Shown here: in pieces, positions 1-10,097 of the stretch
Layout of the letters: each line of letters opens with the position of its first letter
Position numbering within the stretch: position 1 is the stretch's first letter
Assembly: GCA_039588275.1 (NCBI GenBank)
Contig: JBDHAC010000007.1
Location: 18,413 to 82,412, forward strand
DNA length: 64,000 nucleotides
Direction of reading: 5' to 3'
Origin: Gemmatimonadota bacterium
GTDB taxonomy: Bacteria > Gemmatimonadota > Gemmatimonadetes > Palauibacterales > Palauibacteraceae
Notes under the pieces: model-generated
Seen by the model: the letters and a program-made list of their open reading frames with translations, nothing else
What the model was told of the DNA's origin: nothing
The model's database searches: none
Program-made: the position numbers and the translations under genes

Positions 1-1788
1 GACGCGAGCGGGCGCTGGCTCCAGGTCCTCGGGCGGCTCGAGCCAGGTACGTCGATCGAACGCGCTCAGACCGAGATGAGCACGCTCGCCAGCCGGCTGG
101 AGATGGAGTACCCGGACCGCCAGTCGGGGTGGACGGTGAACGTGGTGTCCCTTCAGGAGCAGGTGGTCGGGGAGGCGCGAACACCGCTCCTGATTCTGTT
201 CGGCGCGGTCGCGTTCGTCCTGCTCATCGCGTGTGCCAACGTGGCCAATCTCCTGCTCTCGCGCTCGGTTGGGCGGCAACAGGAGGTCGCCTTGCGGACT
301 GCCCTGGGTGCGAGCCGTTTGCGACTGGTCCGGCAGCTCCTGACGGAGAGCTCGATCCTGGCACTGGCTGGTGGAGCCCTGGGCCTGGGCCTGGCGTTCG
401 TGCTGGTGGATGCCCTTCTGAGATTGGGCCCTGATATCCCCAGGCTTGCGGACGTTTCCGTCAGCGGACCGGTGATCGCGTTCACGCTGGGCATATCCGC
501 CCTTACCGGTCTCGTATTCGGGCTCGCGCCCGCTCTCAGGGCCTCTCGGCCAGATCTGGCCGGGTCGCTCAAGGAAGGAGGAGCTCGAGCCGGGAGAAGC
601 GGAGGTCTGCTGCGCGCCCGGAGCGCCCTCGTCGTCGCCGAGGTGGCGCTCGCCCTCATTCTTCTCGTGGGGAGCGGGCTTCTGCTGCGCAGCTTCGCGA
701 ACCTCTTGGACCTCGGCGTGGGGTTCGAAACCGACGGGCTGATCACCGCCGAGGTCGCGCTCCCGGGGCGCGTATACGAGGAGGAGGCCGACCGCGTTCA
801 GTTCTTCGAGGAGCTGGTCGGCCGGGTACGAAGCATCCCGGGCGTGAGCGCCGCGAGCGCGATCACCTTCCTCCCTCTGGCCGGGAGCGGGTCGGCGACC
901 TCGTTCTGGGCCAACGATCGACCGGTGCCTGAGCCGGGCGAGCTTCCGGTCGCCGACCTCCGCTGGGTGCACCAGGACTACCACCGCACGCTCGGCATTC
1001 CCGTCATCCGCGGCCGTCTGTTCGACGGGCGAGATACGCGCGATGTGCCGCTCCGGATCGTGATCAGCGAGGCGTTGGCGCGCGACCTGTGGCCGTCTGA
1101 GGATCCGATCGGCCGCACGATTTCCATGCCGTGGGGCGATACGCTGGTGGCCGAAGTGATCGGGGTCGTGGGCGACGTGCGGCACCAGGGCCCCGAGACG
1201 GAGGCGCGCGACAAGATCTACTGGCACCATTTGCAGTGGCAGGACTGGTCCGGCATGACCATCGTCGCTCGCACGTCGGGCGACCCCTCCATGCATGTCG
1301 GCTCGATCCGGGCCGAGCTCAGGGCGATGGACTCCAACCTCCCCCTGTTCAACGTGAGCACGATGACCGATCTGCTCGGCGAGGCGCTCGCGGCTCGGCG
1401 GTTCACGATGCTGGTGCTGGGGCTGTTCGCGCTCGTGGCGTTGCTCCTGGCGAGCGTGGGCGTGTACGGCGTCATGTCGTACGGCGTGAGCCAGCGCACG
1501 CAGGAGTTCGGAGTACGCATGGCGCTCGGGGCCAGCGCAAGGGCCGTCGCGATGCAGGTCGTGAAGGGCGGGCTGCGTCTCGTGCTGATCGCCGTCGCGA
1601 TCGGTGGGCTCGGGGCGCTGGCGCTCTCCAGGCTCATGCAGAGCCTCGTGTTCGAGATCAGCACCAGCGATCCCGTGACGTTCGCGCTCGCGGCCCTGTT
1701 CCTGGCGGCCGTGGCCGCGGCGGCGTGCTATTGGCCGACGCACCGGGCCGGCCGCGTGGACCCGATCGAGGCGCTCCGCTTCGAGTAG
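1..1788 (+). CDS. ABC transporter permease, duplicated MacB/FtsX (ADOP-type); 5'-partial
   Basis: Frame is open from base 1 (DASGRWLQVLGRL...). Two FtsX repeats (RQQEVALRTALGASRLRLVRQLLTES; RTQEFGVRMALGAS) and typical C-terminus RVDPIEALRFE. Confidence 0.93.
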   Translation, partial: DASGRWLQVLGRLEPGTSIERAQTEMSTLASRLEMEYPDRQSGWTVNVVSLQEQVVGEARTPLLILFGAVAFVLLIACANVANLLLSRSVGRQQEVALRTALGASRLRLVRQLLTESSILALAGGALGLGLAFVLVDALLRLGPDIPRLADVSVSGPVIAFTLGISALTGLVFGLAPALRASRPDLAGSLKEGGARAGRSGGLLRARSALVVAEVALALILLVGSGLLLRSFANLLDLGVGFETDGLITAEVALPGRVYEEEADRVQFFEELVGRVRSIPGVSAASAITFLPLAGSGSATSFWANDRPVPEPGELPVADLRWVHQDYHRTLGIPVIRGRLFDGRDTRDVPLRIVISEALARDLWPSEDPIGRTISMPWGDTLVAEVIGVVGDVRHQGPETEARDKIYWHHLQWQDWSGMTIVARTSGDPSMHVGSIRAELRAMDSNLPLFNVSTMTDLLGEALAARRFTMLVLGLFALVALLLASVGVYGVMSYGVSQRTQEFGVRMALGASARAVAMQVVKGGLRLVLIAVAIGGLGALALSRLMQSLVFEISTSDPVTFALAALFLAAVAAAACYWPTHRAGRVDPIEALRFE

Positions 1789-1906
1789 GAACGGGCGGCT
1801 CAGCGCGAGCCGCCCGTGGAGTTCAGTTCAGGCGCTAAGCTGGTCGATCGCCGTCTGGGCGGTATTGACGAGGGGCTGACCTTGCTCGAGCGTCAGCGTT
1901 CCGCCC

Positions 1907-2581
1907 GTGACCATGGCCTGTACCTCGTTTTGGAACGCGACCAGCAGGTTGATGGCCGCCGTCACGTCTCCGCGATCGATCGCTCAGGTGCTCTCTCTGG
2001 TCAGCGAACTGAGCGGCCAACCATTGGAACGCGAAGCTAGGGACGGGCTCGAGTTCCAGATGGCGGTCGAGCTTCTCTGGCACGACCAGACTCGAGCGGG
2101 CCGAGAGATCCTCGACGAGCTCGCCCGTCGGTTGACTGAGCGTCGGCGGGAAGAGGGCGAAGGTGGAGCGTGGCCGATTGTCGGGGTTCTGCTTCACCTG
2201 GATCGGGCGGAGGAAGCCTGGAGGGTCCTCGGCGGATCCGGGTTTGAAGCTTCGACAGTGATCCGCCCCGACAGCGTGCCCGAAGGCCAGTGGCGGCGGA
2301 CGAGGACAGCGGAACTGAGCATCCGGGGCGTCGTGGCCGCGCGTGCGGGACGCCGCGAGGAGGCCGAGCGAATGGACCGGGAACTGGTGGCGTTCGGCAA
2401 TCGCCCCGGCGAGATGCTCGAACGGGCTGGCATCGCCGCCGCCCTAGGAGACTGCGCGCGAGCGGGCAGATTCCTGGAAAGGTCCTGGGAGGGCCGACAC
2501 CAGTGGATCCACAGGCACGCCGGCTTGTTTTACTGCCGCCACGACCCCGCCTTTCAGGAAGTCGCCAAGCCGCGAGGTTAG
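1907..2581 (+). pseudogene. Hypothetical helical-repeat (TPR-like) protein, probably a 5'-truncated remnant
   Basis: C-terminus (AGIAAALGDCARAGRFLERS...HDPAFQEVAKPRG) resembles the ends of large TPR proteins. In-frame stop at 1877-1879 and no good RBS. Confidence 0.45.
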
Positions 2582-2602
2582 CTGCAATCGCGTGCTGGCC
2601 CG

Positions 2603-3085
2603 CTAGAGGTGTAGCAGCCTTCCCTGCGCGTCGATCAGCAGGCTCCGCTCCCCCGTGCGGGTCATCACGGTGATCAAGCCGGGAGGCAGCTGACAGTCTC
2701 CGCCCGTCACGAGTCGGCCGCGCGGATCGAAGCAGAGCATCGTGCGGTCGCTCACGATCTCCACGGCCGGCGGCTGGACCACACGTGCTACCGTGGGGGT
2801 ACCGCTCGCACCCTGGGTCGTGTCCACCTCGACCCACAGGCGGTCCGCATCCGAGTCGATGTGCAGGACGGCCACCTGACCGTGGCGAATGGCCAGCGTA
2901 CGCGCCTCGGCGTACGCGATCTCGATCAGCTCGATCGCGTTGCGGGTCGCGTCCTCCTCCGTCGCACGCAGCATCGGCCAAGCGGTCGCGAGGACGGTAA
3001 CGGCGGCGAGGGCGCCGACCGCAAGCCCTTCGAGCCCTTTCGGCGCAGGTCGCTTCAGGTCGCCAGGCAATCTTGTCGGTGACAT
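2603..3085 (-). CDS. GspH/FimT-like pseudopilin-fold protein
   Basis: N-terminal hydrophobic helix, AYAEARTLAIRHGQVAVL, LCFDPRGR and C-terminal IDAQGR resemble FimT/GspH. The canonical G|FTLIE prepilin site is absent. Confidence 0.6.
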   Translation of the reverse strand: MSPTRLPGDLKRPAPKGLEGLAVGALAAVTVLATAWPMLRATEEDATRNAIELIEIAYAEARTLAIRHGQVAVLHIDSDADRLWVEVDTTQGASGTPTVARVVQPPAVEIVSDRTMLCFDPRGRLVTGGDCQLPPGLITVMTRTGERSLLIDAQGRLLHL

Positions 3086-3143
3086 GATCTAATCCGTCTG
3101 CTGTGAAACCGGTCTTCCGCAGTGCTTCGGGTCGCCGGGACCC

Positions 3144-3180
3144 CGGCGCAAGACCCAGACGGCGCAAGACCCAGACGGCG
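3144..3180. repeat. 16-bp tandem duplication (GGCGCAAGACCCAGAC x2.3)
   Basis: Exact copies at 3145-3160 and 3161-3176 in a divergent intergenic region. Confidence 0.85.
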
Positions 3181-3398
3181 TACTCTCGCATCATCAACTA
3201 CAACAACGTCTTACACGGCCACACATGGGCACTATCGGCCTGCGGTGCGGTGCGATCGCGACAGGCTGACACTGGCATTCTGCCTGGAACCCTGGTGATC
3301 TGCGCTCCCTAAGGCGAGGTGGCCGTCTCCCTCCGGGGACCGACCCCCCGTTGCGCCGCAGGCCCCCCCGTCTAATCGTGCCCGAGCCCGACTGCGCG

Positions 3399-4604
3399 AT
3401 GACTTCCCCCACACGAGGACGCGCGTTGCGATACCGAAGCGGACGACACTTCCTCCAGCTCCCCGGTCCGACCCCCGTCCCCGATCGTGTCCTGCGGGCG
3501 ATGAATCGGGCCCTGATCGATCATCGGGGTCCCGAGTTCGCCGACCTGGGACGGCGGATTCTCCAAGATCTCCGGCCGGTCTTCAAGACGGACTCGCCGG
3601 TGCTGGTCTTCCCCTCATCGGGCAGTGGCGCCTGGGAGGCCGCCCTCCAGAACACTCTGTCTCCCGGCGATCGTGTGCTTGGCATCGACCAGGGGTTCTT
3701 CGCCGGGAAATGGCAGGATGTAGCCCGGCGACTGGGACTCGAGGTGCAGGAGGTCGCCAGCGACTGGCGCCGGCCTGTCGATCCGGGTGCCGTCGAGGAG
3801 GCGCTGTCCGATGACCCGGATCGTACGGTCGCGGCCGTGCTCCTTGTGCACAATGAGACATCCACGGGCGTCACCAGTGACATAGCTGCCATCCGAGCGG
3901 CTATCGATCGGACCCGACACCCCGCGCTGCTGATGGTGGACGCGGTGTCATCATTGGGGGCGACCGACTACCGGCACGACGAGTGGGGCGTCGACGTGAC
4001 GGTGAGCGGATCGCAGAAAGGGCTCATGCTGCCGCCCGGGCTCGGTTTCACGGCGGTGAGCGGCAAGGCCCTCGATGCGCACGAGCGGGCGCGCCTCCCA
4101 CGCGCGTACTGGGATTGGGGCGACATGCTCCGGTTCAACGAGGAAGGGTTCTTCCCGTACACGCCCGCCACCGGTCTCCTGTACGGACTCGAGGAAGCCC
4201 TGACGATGCTGCGCGAGGAAGGATTGGATCGCGTCTTCGCCCGCCACGCGCGCTTCGCCGAGGCGACGCGTCGGGCGGTAGCCGCCTGGGGGTTGGAGAA
4301 CTACTCCGTGGATCCGACCGCGTACTCCAACTCGGGCACCACGGTTCTGATGCCCGAGGGCCCGGATGCGGACGAGCTGCGTCGTGTAATCCTGGAGCGC
4401 TTCGACATGTCGCTGGGCACCGGGCTCGGGAGGCTCCAGGGCGACGTGTTCCGCATCGGTCACCTGGGCGATCTCAACGAGCTGACGCTGGCCGGGGCGT
4501 TGTGCGGTGTGGAGATGGGCCTCGGTCTGGCCGGCGTGCCGCACGCAAAGGGGGGCGTGGACGCGGCGCTGGAGTTCCTGGCGGCCCCGGCGGATGGGCC
4601 GTGA
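3399..4604 (+). CDS. Class V PLP aminotransferase (serine/alanine--glyoxylate aminotransferase family)
   Basis: GRHFLQLPGPT, VHNETSTG, VDAVSSLG, GSQKGLMLPPGLG (PLP lysine), FRIGHLG. Confidence 0.92.
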   Translation: MTSPTRGRALRYRSGRHFLQLPGPTPVPDRVLRAMNRALIDHRGPEFADLGRRILQDLRPVFKTDSPVLVFPSSGSGAWEAALQNTLSPGDRVLGIDQGFFAGKWQDVARRLGLEVQEVASDWRRPVDPGAVEEALSDDPDRTVAAVLLVHNETSTGVTSDIAAIRAAIDRTRHPALLMVDAVSSLGATDYRHDEWGVDVTVSGSQKGLMLPPGLGFTAVSGKALDAHERARLPRAYWDWGDMLRFNEEGFFPYTPATGLLYGLEEALTMLREEGLDRVFARHARFAEATRRAVAAWGLENYSVDPTAYSNSGTTVLMPEGPDADELRRVILERFDMSLGTGLGRLQGDVFRIGHLGDLNELTLAGALCGVEMGLGLAGVPHAKGGVDAALEFLAAPADGP

Positions 4605-5662
4605 CGCTCCGGCGCGGACGCGGTCGATCGGTGCCCGGCACCGTTCCGGAGCGTAGCCGGCCCGCGGGTGCCCTCGCCCTCCTCGCTCCTGTCCTCCTGG
4701 CGCTCGCGCTTCCGGCTCTCGCGTGCGGGGGCGGATCCTCGGACGACGGCGTGATCGAGCTCAAGTTCGGGCACGTCGGCGGGCCGAGCTCGCTTTATGA
4801 CCTGGCGGTGAACGAGTTCGCGCGGCGAGTCAACGAGCGCCTGGCCGGGCGGGTCGAGATGACGGTGTTCGGAGCGAGCCAACTCGGCGGCGATGAGATC
4901 CTGCTCCAGAAGCTCAAGCTCGGGACCGTAGACCTGTCCCTGCCCGCGACGATCATGTCCTCGACCATCGAGCAATTCGGTCTGTTCGAGATGCCTTATC
5001 TGGTGAGGGACCGCGAGCACATGAAGCGCATCGAGGAGGAAGTCGTGTGGCCCGATCTGGCCCCGCTCGCGGAGGCGCAGGGGTACCGGCTGCTCGCGGT
5101 GTGGGAGAACGGATTCCGGCACGTCACGAACAACCGGCGCCCGATCGTGGCGCCTGAGGATCTGCGCGGCATCAAGCTCCGCACACCCCGTGGCGTCTGG
5201 CGAGTAAAGCTGTTTCAGGCCCTTGGGGCGAACCCCACGCCCATGCCCTACTCAGAGGTGTTCATCGCGCTGCAGACCGGGGTGATGGACGGTCAAGAGA
5301 ACCCGTTCACGCAGATTCGCGGCGGCCGGCTACACGAAGTGCAGAAGTACCTTTCGCTGACCGAGCACGTCTACTCGCCCGCGTTCGTCATGGTCGGTAC
5401 GGCTCGGTGGGATCGGCTTCCCGAGGACATTCAGGTGGCGGTGGCGGAGATCGCGCGCGAAGTCCAGGCGTTCGTTCACGAAACCGCCGAGCGCCTTGAC
5501 GACGAGCTCTTGCAGGAGATGCGCGAGGCGGGGATCGAGGTGAACGACGTGGACCGCGGCGCTTTCCTGCGGGCCAGCGGTGCGGTGTACGAGGAATTCG
5601 CGGCAGCCGTCGAGGGCGGTCAGGAGCTGATCGAGAAGGCCACCTCCGTTGCCGGCGGCTGA
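4601..5662 (+). CDS. dctP: TRAP transporter substrate-binding protein (lipoprotein-like)
   Basis: GTG start overlaps upstream stop (GTGA). LACG lipobox, ENGFRH, GANPTPMPYSEVFIALQTGVMDGQENP. Confidence 0.93.
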   Translation: MTLRRGRGRSVPGTVPERSRPAGALALLAPVLLALALPALACGGGSSDDGVIELKFGHVGGPSSLYDLAVNEFARRVNERLAGRVEMTVFGASQLGGDEILLQKLKLGTVDLSLPATIMSSTIEQFGLFEMPYLVRDREHMKRIEEEVVWPDLAPLAEAQGYRLLAVWENGFRHVTNNRRPIVAPEDLRGIKLRTPRGVWRVKLFQALGANPTPMPYSEVFIALQTGVMDGQENPFTQIRGGRLHEVQKYLSLTEHVYSPAFVMVGTARWDRLPEDIQVAVAEIAREVQAFVHETAERLDDELLQEMREAGIEVNDVDRGAFLRASGAVYEEFAAAVEGGQELIEKATSVAGG

Positions 5663-6227
5663 CTCGCGCAGCTCCGAGACGCCTGAGCCGCCCGTGTCGC
5701 GCGCTCGCGAGCCATCCACGAGTACGCGCGGCAGCACCCACCTGAGAACGGTCGTGGAGCGATTCCTGGAAGCGGCCGTCCTGATCCTGATGGCCCTCCT
5801 GGCTGGTGTCGTCGTCGTGGGCGTCGTGTTCCGAAAGCTGGGTGCGGCGTTGGTCTGGTATGACGAGATCGCGTCCATACTCCTCGCCTGGCTCACCTAC
5901 TATGGCGCGGCGCTGGCCGCCTTGAAGCGAGCGCACATCGGAGTTCCGACCGCCGTTCAGCGACTCCGCGGGCGCTGGAGGTTGCTGGCCGTGGCTCTCG
6001 CGGAGACCGCCGTGATCGGGTTCTTCGTCGTCGTGGCGTGGGCGGGCTGGCGGGTCCTCCGGGTCCTCGGCGGGACTACGCTGGTCAGTCTCCCGTGGGT
6101 TCCCGCCATTCTCGCGCAGTCGGTGATCCCGATCGCGGCGCTCCTCTTCATCGTGGCCGAGTTGCTGAGCGTGCCCGATGCGCTGGCGCCGCACCGCCGG
6201 CGCGAAGCTCCCGGGGCCGAGCCGTGA
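5649..6227 (+). CDS. dctQ: TRAP transporter small permease
   Basis: Four TM segments, WYDEIASILLAWLTYYGAALA...HIG; lies between dctP and dctM. Start uncertain. Confidence 0.9.
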   Translation: MPAADSRSSETPEPPVSRAREPSTSTRGSTHLRTVVERFLEAAVLILMALLAGVVVVGVVFRKLGAALVWYDEIASILLAWLTYYGAALAALKRAHIGVPTAVQRLRGRWRLLAVALAETAVIGFFVVVAWAGWRVLRVLGGTTLVSLPWVPAILAQSVIPIAALLFIVAELLSVPDALAPHRRREAPGAEP

Positions 6228-7507
6228 CGCTCTTCCTGATGTTCCTGGGGCTGGTCGTGCTCGTGACCCTCAACGTGCCAATCGCGGTCGCGTTGGGGAT
6301 CGTCGCGATTCTCGCGATGGTCCTCACCTCCGGCGCGGCGGTGCTCCCCAACGCGGGTTTGGTCCTGTTCGACGGCGCCACGTCGTTCCCCCTCATCGCT
6401 ATCCCGCTGTTCATCCTCGCGGGAGCGATCATGAACGCGACGGGGATCTCGCGTCGATTGATCGCGTTCGCGTCGGCGCTGGTGGGCTTCATCCGGGGCG
6501 GACTAGCGATGGTGAGCATCAGCGCGTCCCTGTTTTTCGCGGAGATCTCGGGCTCGGCGGTTGCCGATGTAGCCGCGCTCGGTTCGCTGTTGATCCCGGC
6601 GATGGAGAGACGGGGGTATTCGAAGCCCTTCGCTGCGGCGGTCATGTCATCGGCCGCGACGCTCGCGGTGATCATCCCGCCTTCCATCCCGATGATCATC
6701 TACGGCGTCATGTCCGAGAGCTCGATCGTCGAGCTGTTCGTGGCGGGCATCATCCCGGGCGTGATCGGCGGGTGCTCACTCATGTTCGTGGCGTATATGC
6801 TCGCGCGGCGTCACGGTTTCCCGGTCGAAGAATCGTTTCAGGTGCGCCGCGTGTGGCGGACGTTCAGGGAAGCGGGCTGGGCGCTGCTGCTCCCGTTGAT
6901 CATCCTGGGCGGGATCTTCAGCGGGTGGGTGACCGCGACCGAGGGCGCGGGGCTGGCGGTGGTGGCCGCGCTCGCGATCGGAGGCCTGGTTTACCGCGAG
7001 CTCGATCTGGCCCACCTGCGGGAGGCGATGCTCGAGGGGGGCGTGCAGACGGCGGTGGTGATGCTGCTCGTCGCCACCTCCGCCCTGCTCGGCGATTTCC
7101 TGACCGAGCAGCAGCTCCCGCAGCGCGTCGCGTCCGGCATCATGTCCGTCACGGAGAGCAGGTGGCTGATCCTCGCGCTTCTGAACGTCTTCTTCCTAAT
7201 CATCGGGCTCTTCCTCCACTCGGCCGCAGCCATCATCCTGGTGGTGCCGATCGTGATGCCGCTCGTGCACGCCGCGGGGATCGACCCGATCCACTTCGGG
7301 CTCATCGTGACGCTCAACCTGGGGATCGGCCAGCAGACTCCACCCGTGGCCAGCGTCCTCGTGACGGCGTGCTCGGTGGCCAAGGCGGACATCTGGGAGG
7401 TGAGCAAGGTCAACGTCCGGTTCATCGCGGTGTTATTCGCGGTGTTGGTGCTCGTGACCTACCTCCCGGCCATCCCGATGAGCCTGGTGAATTGGTTCTA
7501 CCGCTGA
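6224..7507 (+). CDS. dctM: TRAP transporter large permease
   Basis: AIPLFILAG, SGSAVAD, IIPPSIPMIIYG, GIDPIHFG, TPPV motifs; GTG start overlapping dctQ stop. Confidence 0.95.
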   Translation: MTLFLMFLGLVVLVTLNVPIAVALGIVAILAMVLTSGAAVLPNAGLVLFDGATSFPLIAIPLFILAGAIMNATGISRRLIAFASALVGFIRGGLAMVSISASLFFAEISGSAVADVAALGSLLIPAMERRGYSKPFAAAVMSSAATLAVIIPPSIPMIIYGVMSESSIVELFVAGIIPGVIGGCSLMFVAYMLARRHGFPVEESFQVRRVWRTFREAGWALLLPLIILGGIFSGWVTATEGAGLAVVAALAIGGLVYRELDLAHLREAMLEGGVQTAVVMLLVATSALLGDFLTEQQLPQRVASGIMSVTESRWLILALLNVFFLIIGLFLHSAAAIILVVPIVMPLVHAAGIDPIHFGLIVTLNLGIGQQTPPVASVLVTACSVAKADIWEVSKVNVRFIAVLFAVLVLVTYLPAIPMSLVNWFYR

Positions 7508-7513
7508 AGCACG

Positions 7514-7540
7514 AGCGCCCCGCCGATCGAGCGGGGCGCT
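7514..7540. terminator. GC-rich hairpin between convergent genes
   Basis: AGCGCCCCGC-7nt-GCGGGGCGCT perfect 10-bp stem; no U-tract. Confidence 0.55.
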
Positions 7541-7599
7541 GATTCAAGTGGTGGGGCGAGCGCGCCTCGGCGCGGTACCGAGTGCACCTGCGCTTTCGT

Positions 7600-8466
7600 T
7601 CAGCCCTCCGTCCACATCGCCACGGTCTCGGCGACGAAGTCCTCGAAGCGGCGCGGCGGGTGACCGAGCACGCGATCCTGGAGAGCCAGATCCTCATCCG
7701 TGGCTGTCAGACCACGCGCCAGGAAGTGCTCGAACATGATGCGGACATCCTCGACCATCCATTCCGGCATCATCCCGCGGGCGGCCTCCTCCCAGGCGTC
7801 GAGGTCATCGCCCACGTAGTGGATCTCGCGTCCCAGCCCCCGGCTCCAGGCAGCGGCCGTGTCCTCTCCCGTGAGCACCTCGGGGCCGACGAGTGGATAC
7901 CGTACCCCCTCGTGGCCTTCGTCGAGGAGGGCGTTCACGGTCGCGTCGGCGATGTCTCGGACGTCGACGCGACTGAGACCCACGGAGCCAACGGGCGACG
8001 GGTAGATTCCCATCTGAAGGATCGGGTCCTTGAGCCAGTAGTCGTTCTGGTAGTAGTTGTTGGGTTCGACCGTCACCCACGGAATCCCCGACGTCTCGAT
8101 CGCTTCCAGTATGCGGATCTTGCTGGCGAAGTGGGGGATCTGGGGTGCGTCGTCGACCCGGTGAACCGAATGGAGCACGATGCGCCCGACACCCGTGTTC
8201 TGCGCGGCATCGATGGCGGCGGCCCCGAGCGCGGCCTCGTTCGGGTGCACCGGGGTCAGGAGGTGCAGGCGGTCGATCCCACCGAAGACGGGCCCGAGGC
8301 TGGCCGGGTCCTCCAGGTCACCCTTCACGTACGAGACACCGTCCACGGTCGAGCCCGCTACTTCCTCCGAGCGCGTCATGCAACGCACGGAGGCGCCGCG
8401 CTCCACCAGGCGAGCGACGACCTGGCTGCCCACCGTGCCCGTGCCCCCGAGACAAAGAACGTTCAT
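7600..8466 (-). CDS. NmrA-family NAD(P)-binding protein (atypical SDR)
   Basis: MNVLCLGGTGTVG Rossmann motif, VDVRDIADA, PHFASK; ATG overlaps upstream stop. Confidence 0.9.
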   Translation of the reverse strand: MNVLCLGGTGTVGSQVVARLVERGASVRCMTRSEEVAGSTVDGVSYVKGDLEDPASLGPVFGGIDRLHLLTPVHPNEAALGAAAIDAAQNTGVGRIVLHSVHRVDDAPQIPHFASKIRILEAIETSGIPWVTVEPNNYYQNDYWLKDPILQMGIYPSPVGSVGLSRVDVRDIADATVNALLDEGHEGVRYPLVGPEVLTGEDTAAAWSRGLGREIHYVGDDLDAWEEAARGMMPEWMVEDVRIMFEHFLARGLTATDEDLALQDRVLGHPPRRFEDFVAETVAMWTEG

Positions 8467-9293
8467 CGAGAGTCCTCCGATCGGCTTCGTGAATGCTGCG
8501 CGGTTGGAACCGTGTAAGCGGCTGCGATCTCGGACACCGCTGTCTCCAGAGTGCTCAGGTAGTCCTCCAGGCCGGCGGCCGCGATCGGGTTCCCATGGAT
8601 GGGTGCCACGAAGGTCACAGGGTGCTCGTCCAACATGCGCCGAAGCGTACCGCTCAGGCGGGGCGGGTCCACGTAGCGCAGCCACTTGAGGGCACCCCGG
8701 TGAAAGTCCGCAACCCCGAGCTCGCGACCTTCCTCGGGCAACTCGGAAGACATCAGCCGACAGGCGCCCGGCTCGTGGTAGTTACCGAACCCATCCGCGA
8801 CGAACATGACGCGCGACTCTCGATCATAGATCCACGTCGTGTGCGACCGATCGGCCAGAGGTGGATCCAGGAAGGTGAACTCGCGTCCCAGGACATCGAG
8901 CGTCTCTCCGATCCTGGACCGCCGCGCGTAGGGCAAACCCTGCACCCCGGCATCGGCACACGACGCGACGATCTCGAAGTCGCCCCACTCCCCGCGGAAC
9001 GTGGGGATGTTGCCCGAATGAGGGTAATCCGAATGCGAAAGGATGAGGGCCTGGATGCCCTGGCCGCGCGTAGCGGCGGTCAGCCGCGACTCGATGCTCT
9101 CCCTGTGGTAGAACGATCCGGAATCGACCACGATGTTGCCGCCCGTTGCCCGGATCAGATATAGAGACACGTGCAGGTGACGATCCCCGATCGGATAGCA
9201 CTCGCTGATCCACTCCACGTCATCCGTCAGCCGCACGGTCGTGCTCGCGTCCGGGGCTGCCGCCGACCCCGTGCTGCTCGCCGAGTCAGTCAT
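8463..9293 (-). CDS. MBL-fold, flavodiiron/ODP-like protein (paralog A)
   Basis: VVDSG, SHSDYPHSGN, FVADGFG, APIHG; no flavodoxin domain. Confidence 0.8.
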   Translation of the reverse strand: MTDSASSTGSAAAPDASTTVRLTDDVEWISECYPIGDRHLHVSLYLIRATGGNIVVDSGSFYHRESIESRLTAATRGQGIQALILSHSDYPHSGNIPTFRGEWGDFEIVASCADAGVQGLPYARRSRIGETLDVLGREFTFLDPPLADRSHTTWIYDRESRVMFVADGFGNYHEPGACRLMSSELPEEGRELGVADFHRGALKWLRYVDPPRLSGTLRRMLDEHPVTFVAPIHGNPIAAAGLEDYLSTLETAVSEIAAAYTVPTAQHSRSRSEDSR

Positions 9294-10097
9294 TCACAGC
9301 ACCCCGACGCGACCGGTCTCCGCCACGCGGCTCACCACGTCCTTCATGAGCTCGAAGTAGCGCTCGACGTCGCGTCGGATCACCAGCCCGTGTGCGGGAG
9401 CGATTCGGCGCGGGCGAAACTCTCGAGCGAGACGGTCGACCTCCGCGCGTGTCTTGCCGACGTCGACGTATTGGAACCAGAACAGGACCCTGCTGTGGAA
9501 CTCGGTCAGCCGCTCGATGCCGATCTTCACGTCGAGCTCGTCTGCGAAGCGCATGCATTCCCCGTCCAGGTGAGGGAAGCCCAACCAGTCGACCGGGAAG
9601 AGCGTCGCTGTGTGCACCTCGGTCATCCACACGTGCAACGCCGCGTCCAGGAACGTGGCTTCGTGGAAGCGCACGATCGGGCCGCCGAGGTCGATCTCGT
9701 CGCCGGGTCGGACCTTGAGTGCCTGATCCAGCCGGTAGAGCGCGTGCGTATCTCCTTCGCCCGGGGCCACGAGCTGGACCTCGGGATAGCGGCGCATAAT
9801 CCGGGCGGTGTTCCCGGCGTGCGGAACATCCGGGTGTGAGATGACCAGATAGTCGAGATCCGCACCGTCAAGGACCCGGTCGAGCTCATCAATGATCAGC
9901 TCGCCACCCGCGGGCGAGAGGGTGTCGAACAGCAGACTTCGCTCGCCTCGGAGTAGATATGCGTTCTGCGGCACGTGGAGCTCGCGGCCCGATGGACACC
10001 AGGTGCCGCCGCGGGCGCGAACGGCCTCAGCGATCCCCTCACGGTGGGGGCCGCATTCCTGGATCCAGTAGAAACCCGGTTCGATCTCCCGATGCAT
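9294..10097 (-). CDS. MBL-fold, flavodiiron/ODP-like protein (paralog B)
   Basis: QNAYLL...LLFDT, SHPDVPHAGN, FPVDWLG, IAPAHG; stop abuts ATG of paralog A. Confidence 0.8.
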   Translation of the reverse strand: MHREIEPGFYWIQECGPHREGIAEAVRARGGTWCPSGRELHVPQNAYLLRGERSLLFDTLSPAGGELIIDELDRVLDGADLDYLVISHPDVPHAGNTARIMRRYPEVQLVAPGEGDTHALYRLDQALKVRPGDEIDLGGPIVRFHEATFLDAALHVWMTEVHTATLFPVDWLGFPHLDGECMRFADELDVKIGIERLTEFHSRVLFWFQYVDVGKTRAEVDRLAREFRPRRIAPAHGLVIRRDVERYFELMKDVVSRVAETGRVGVL

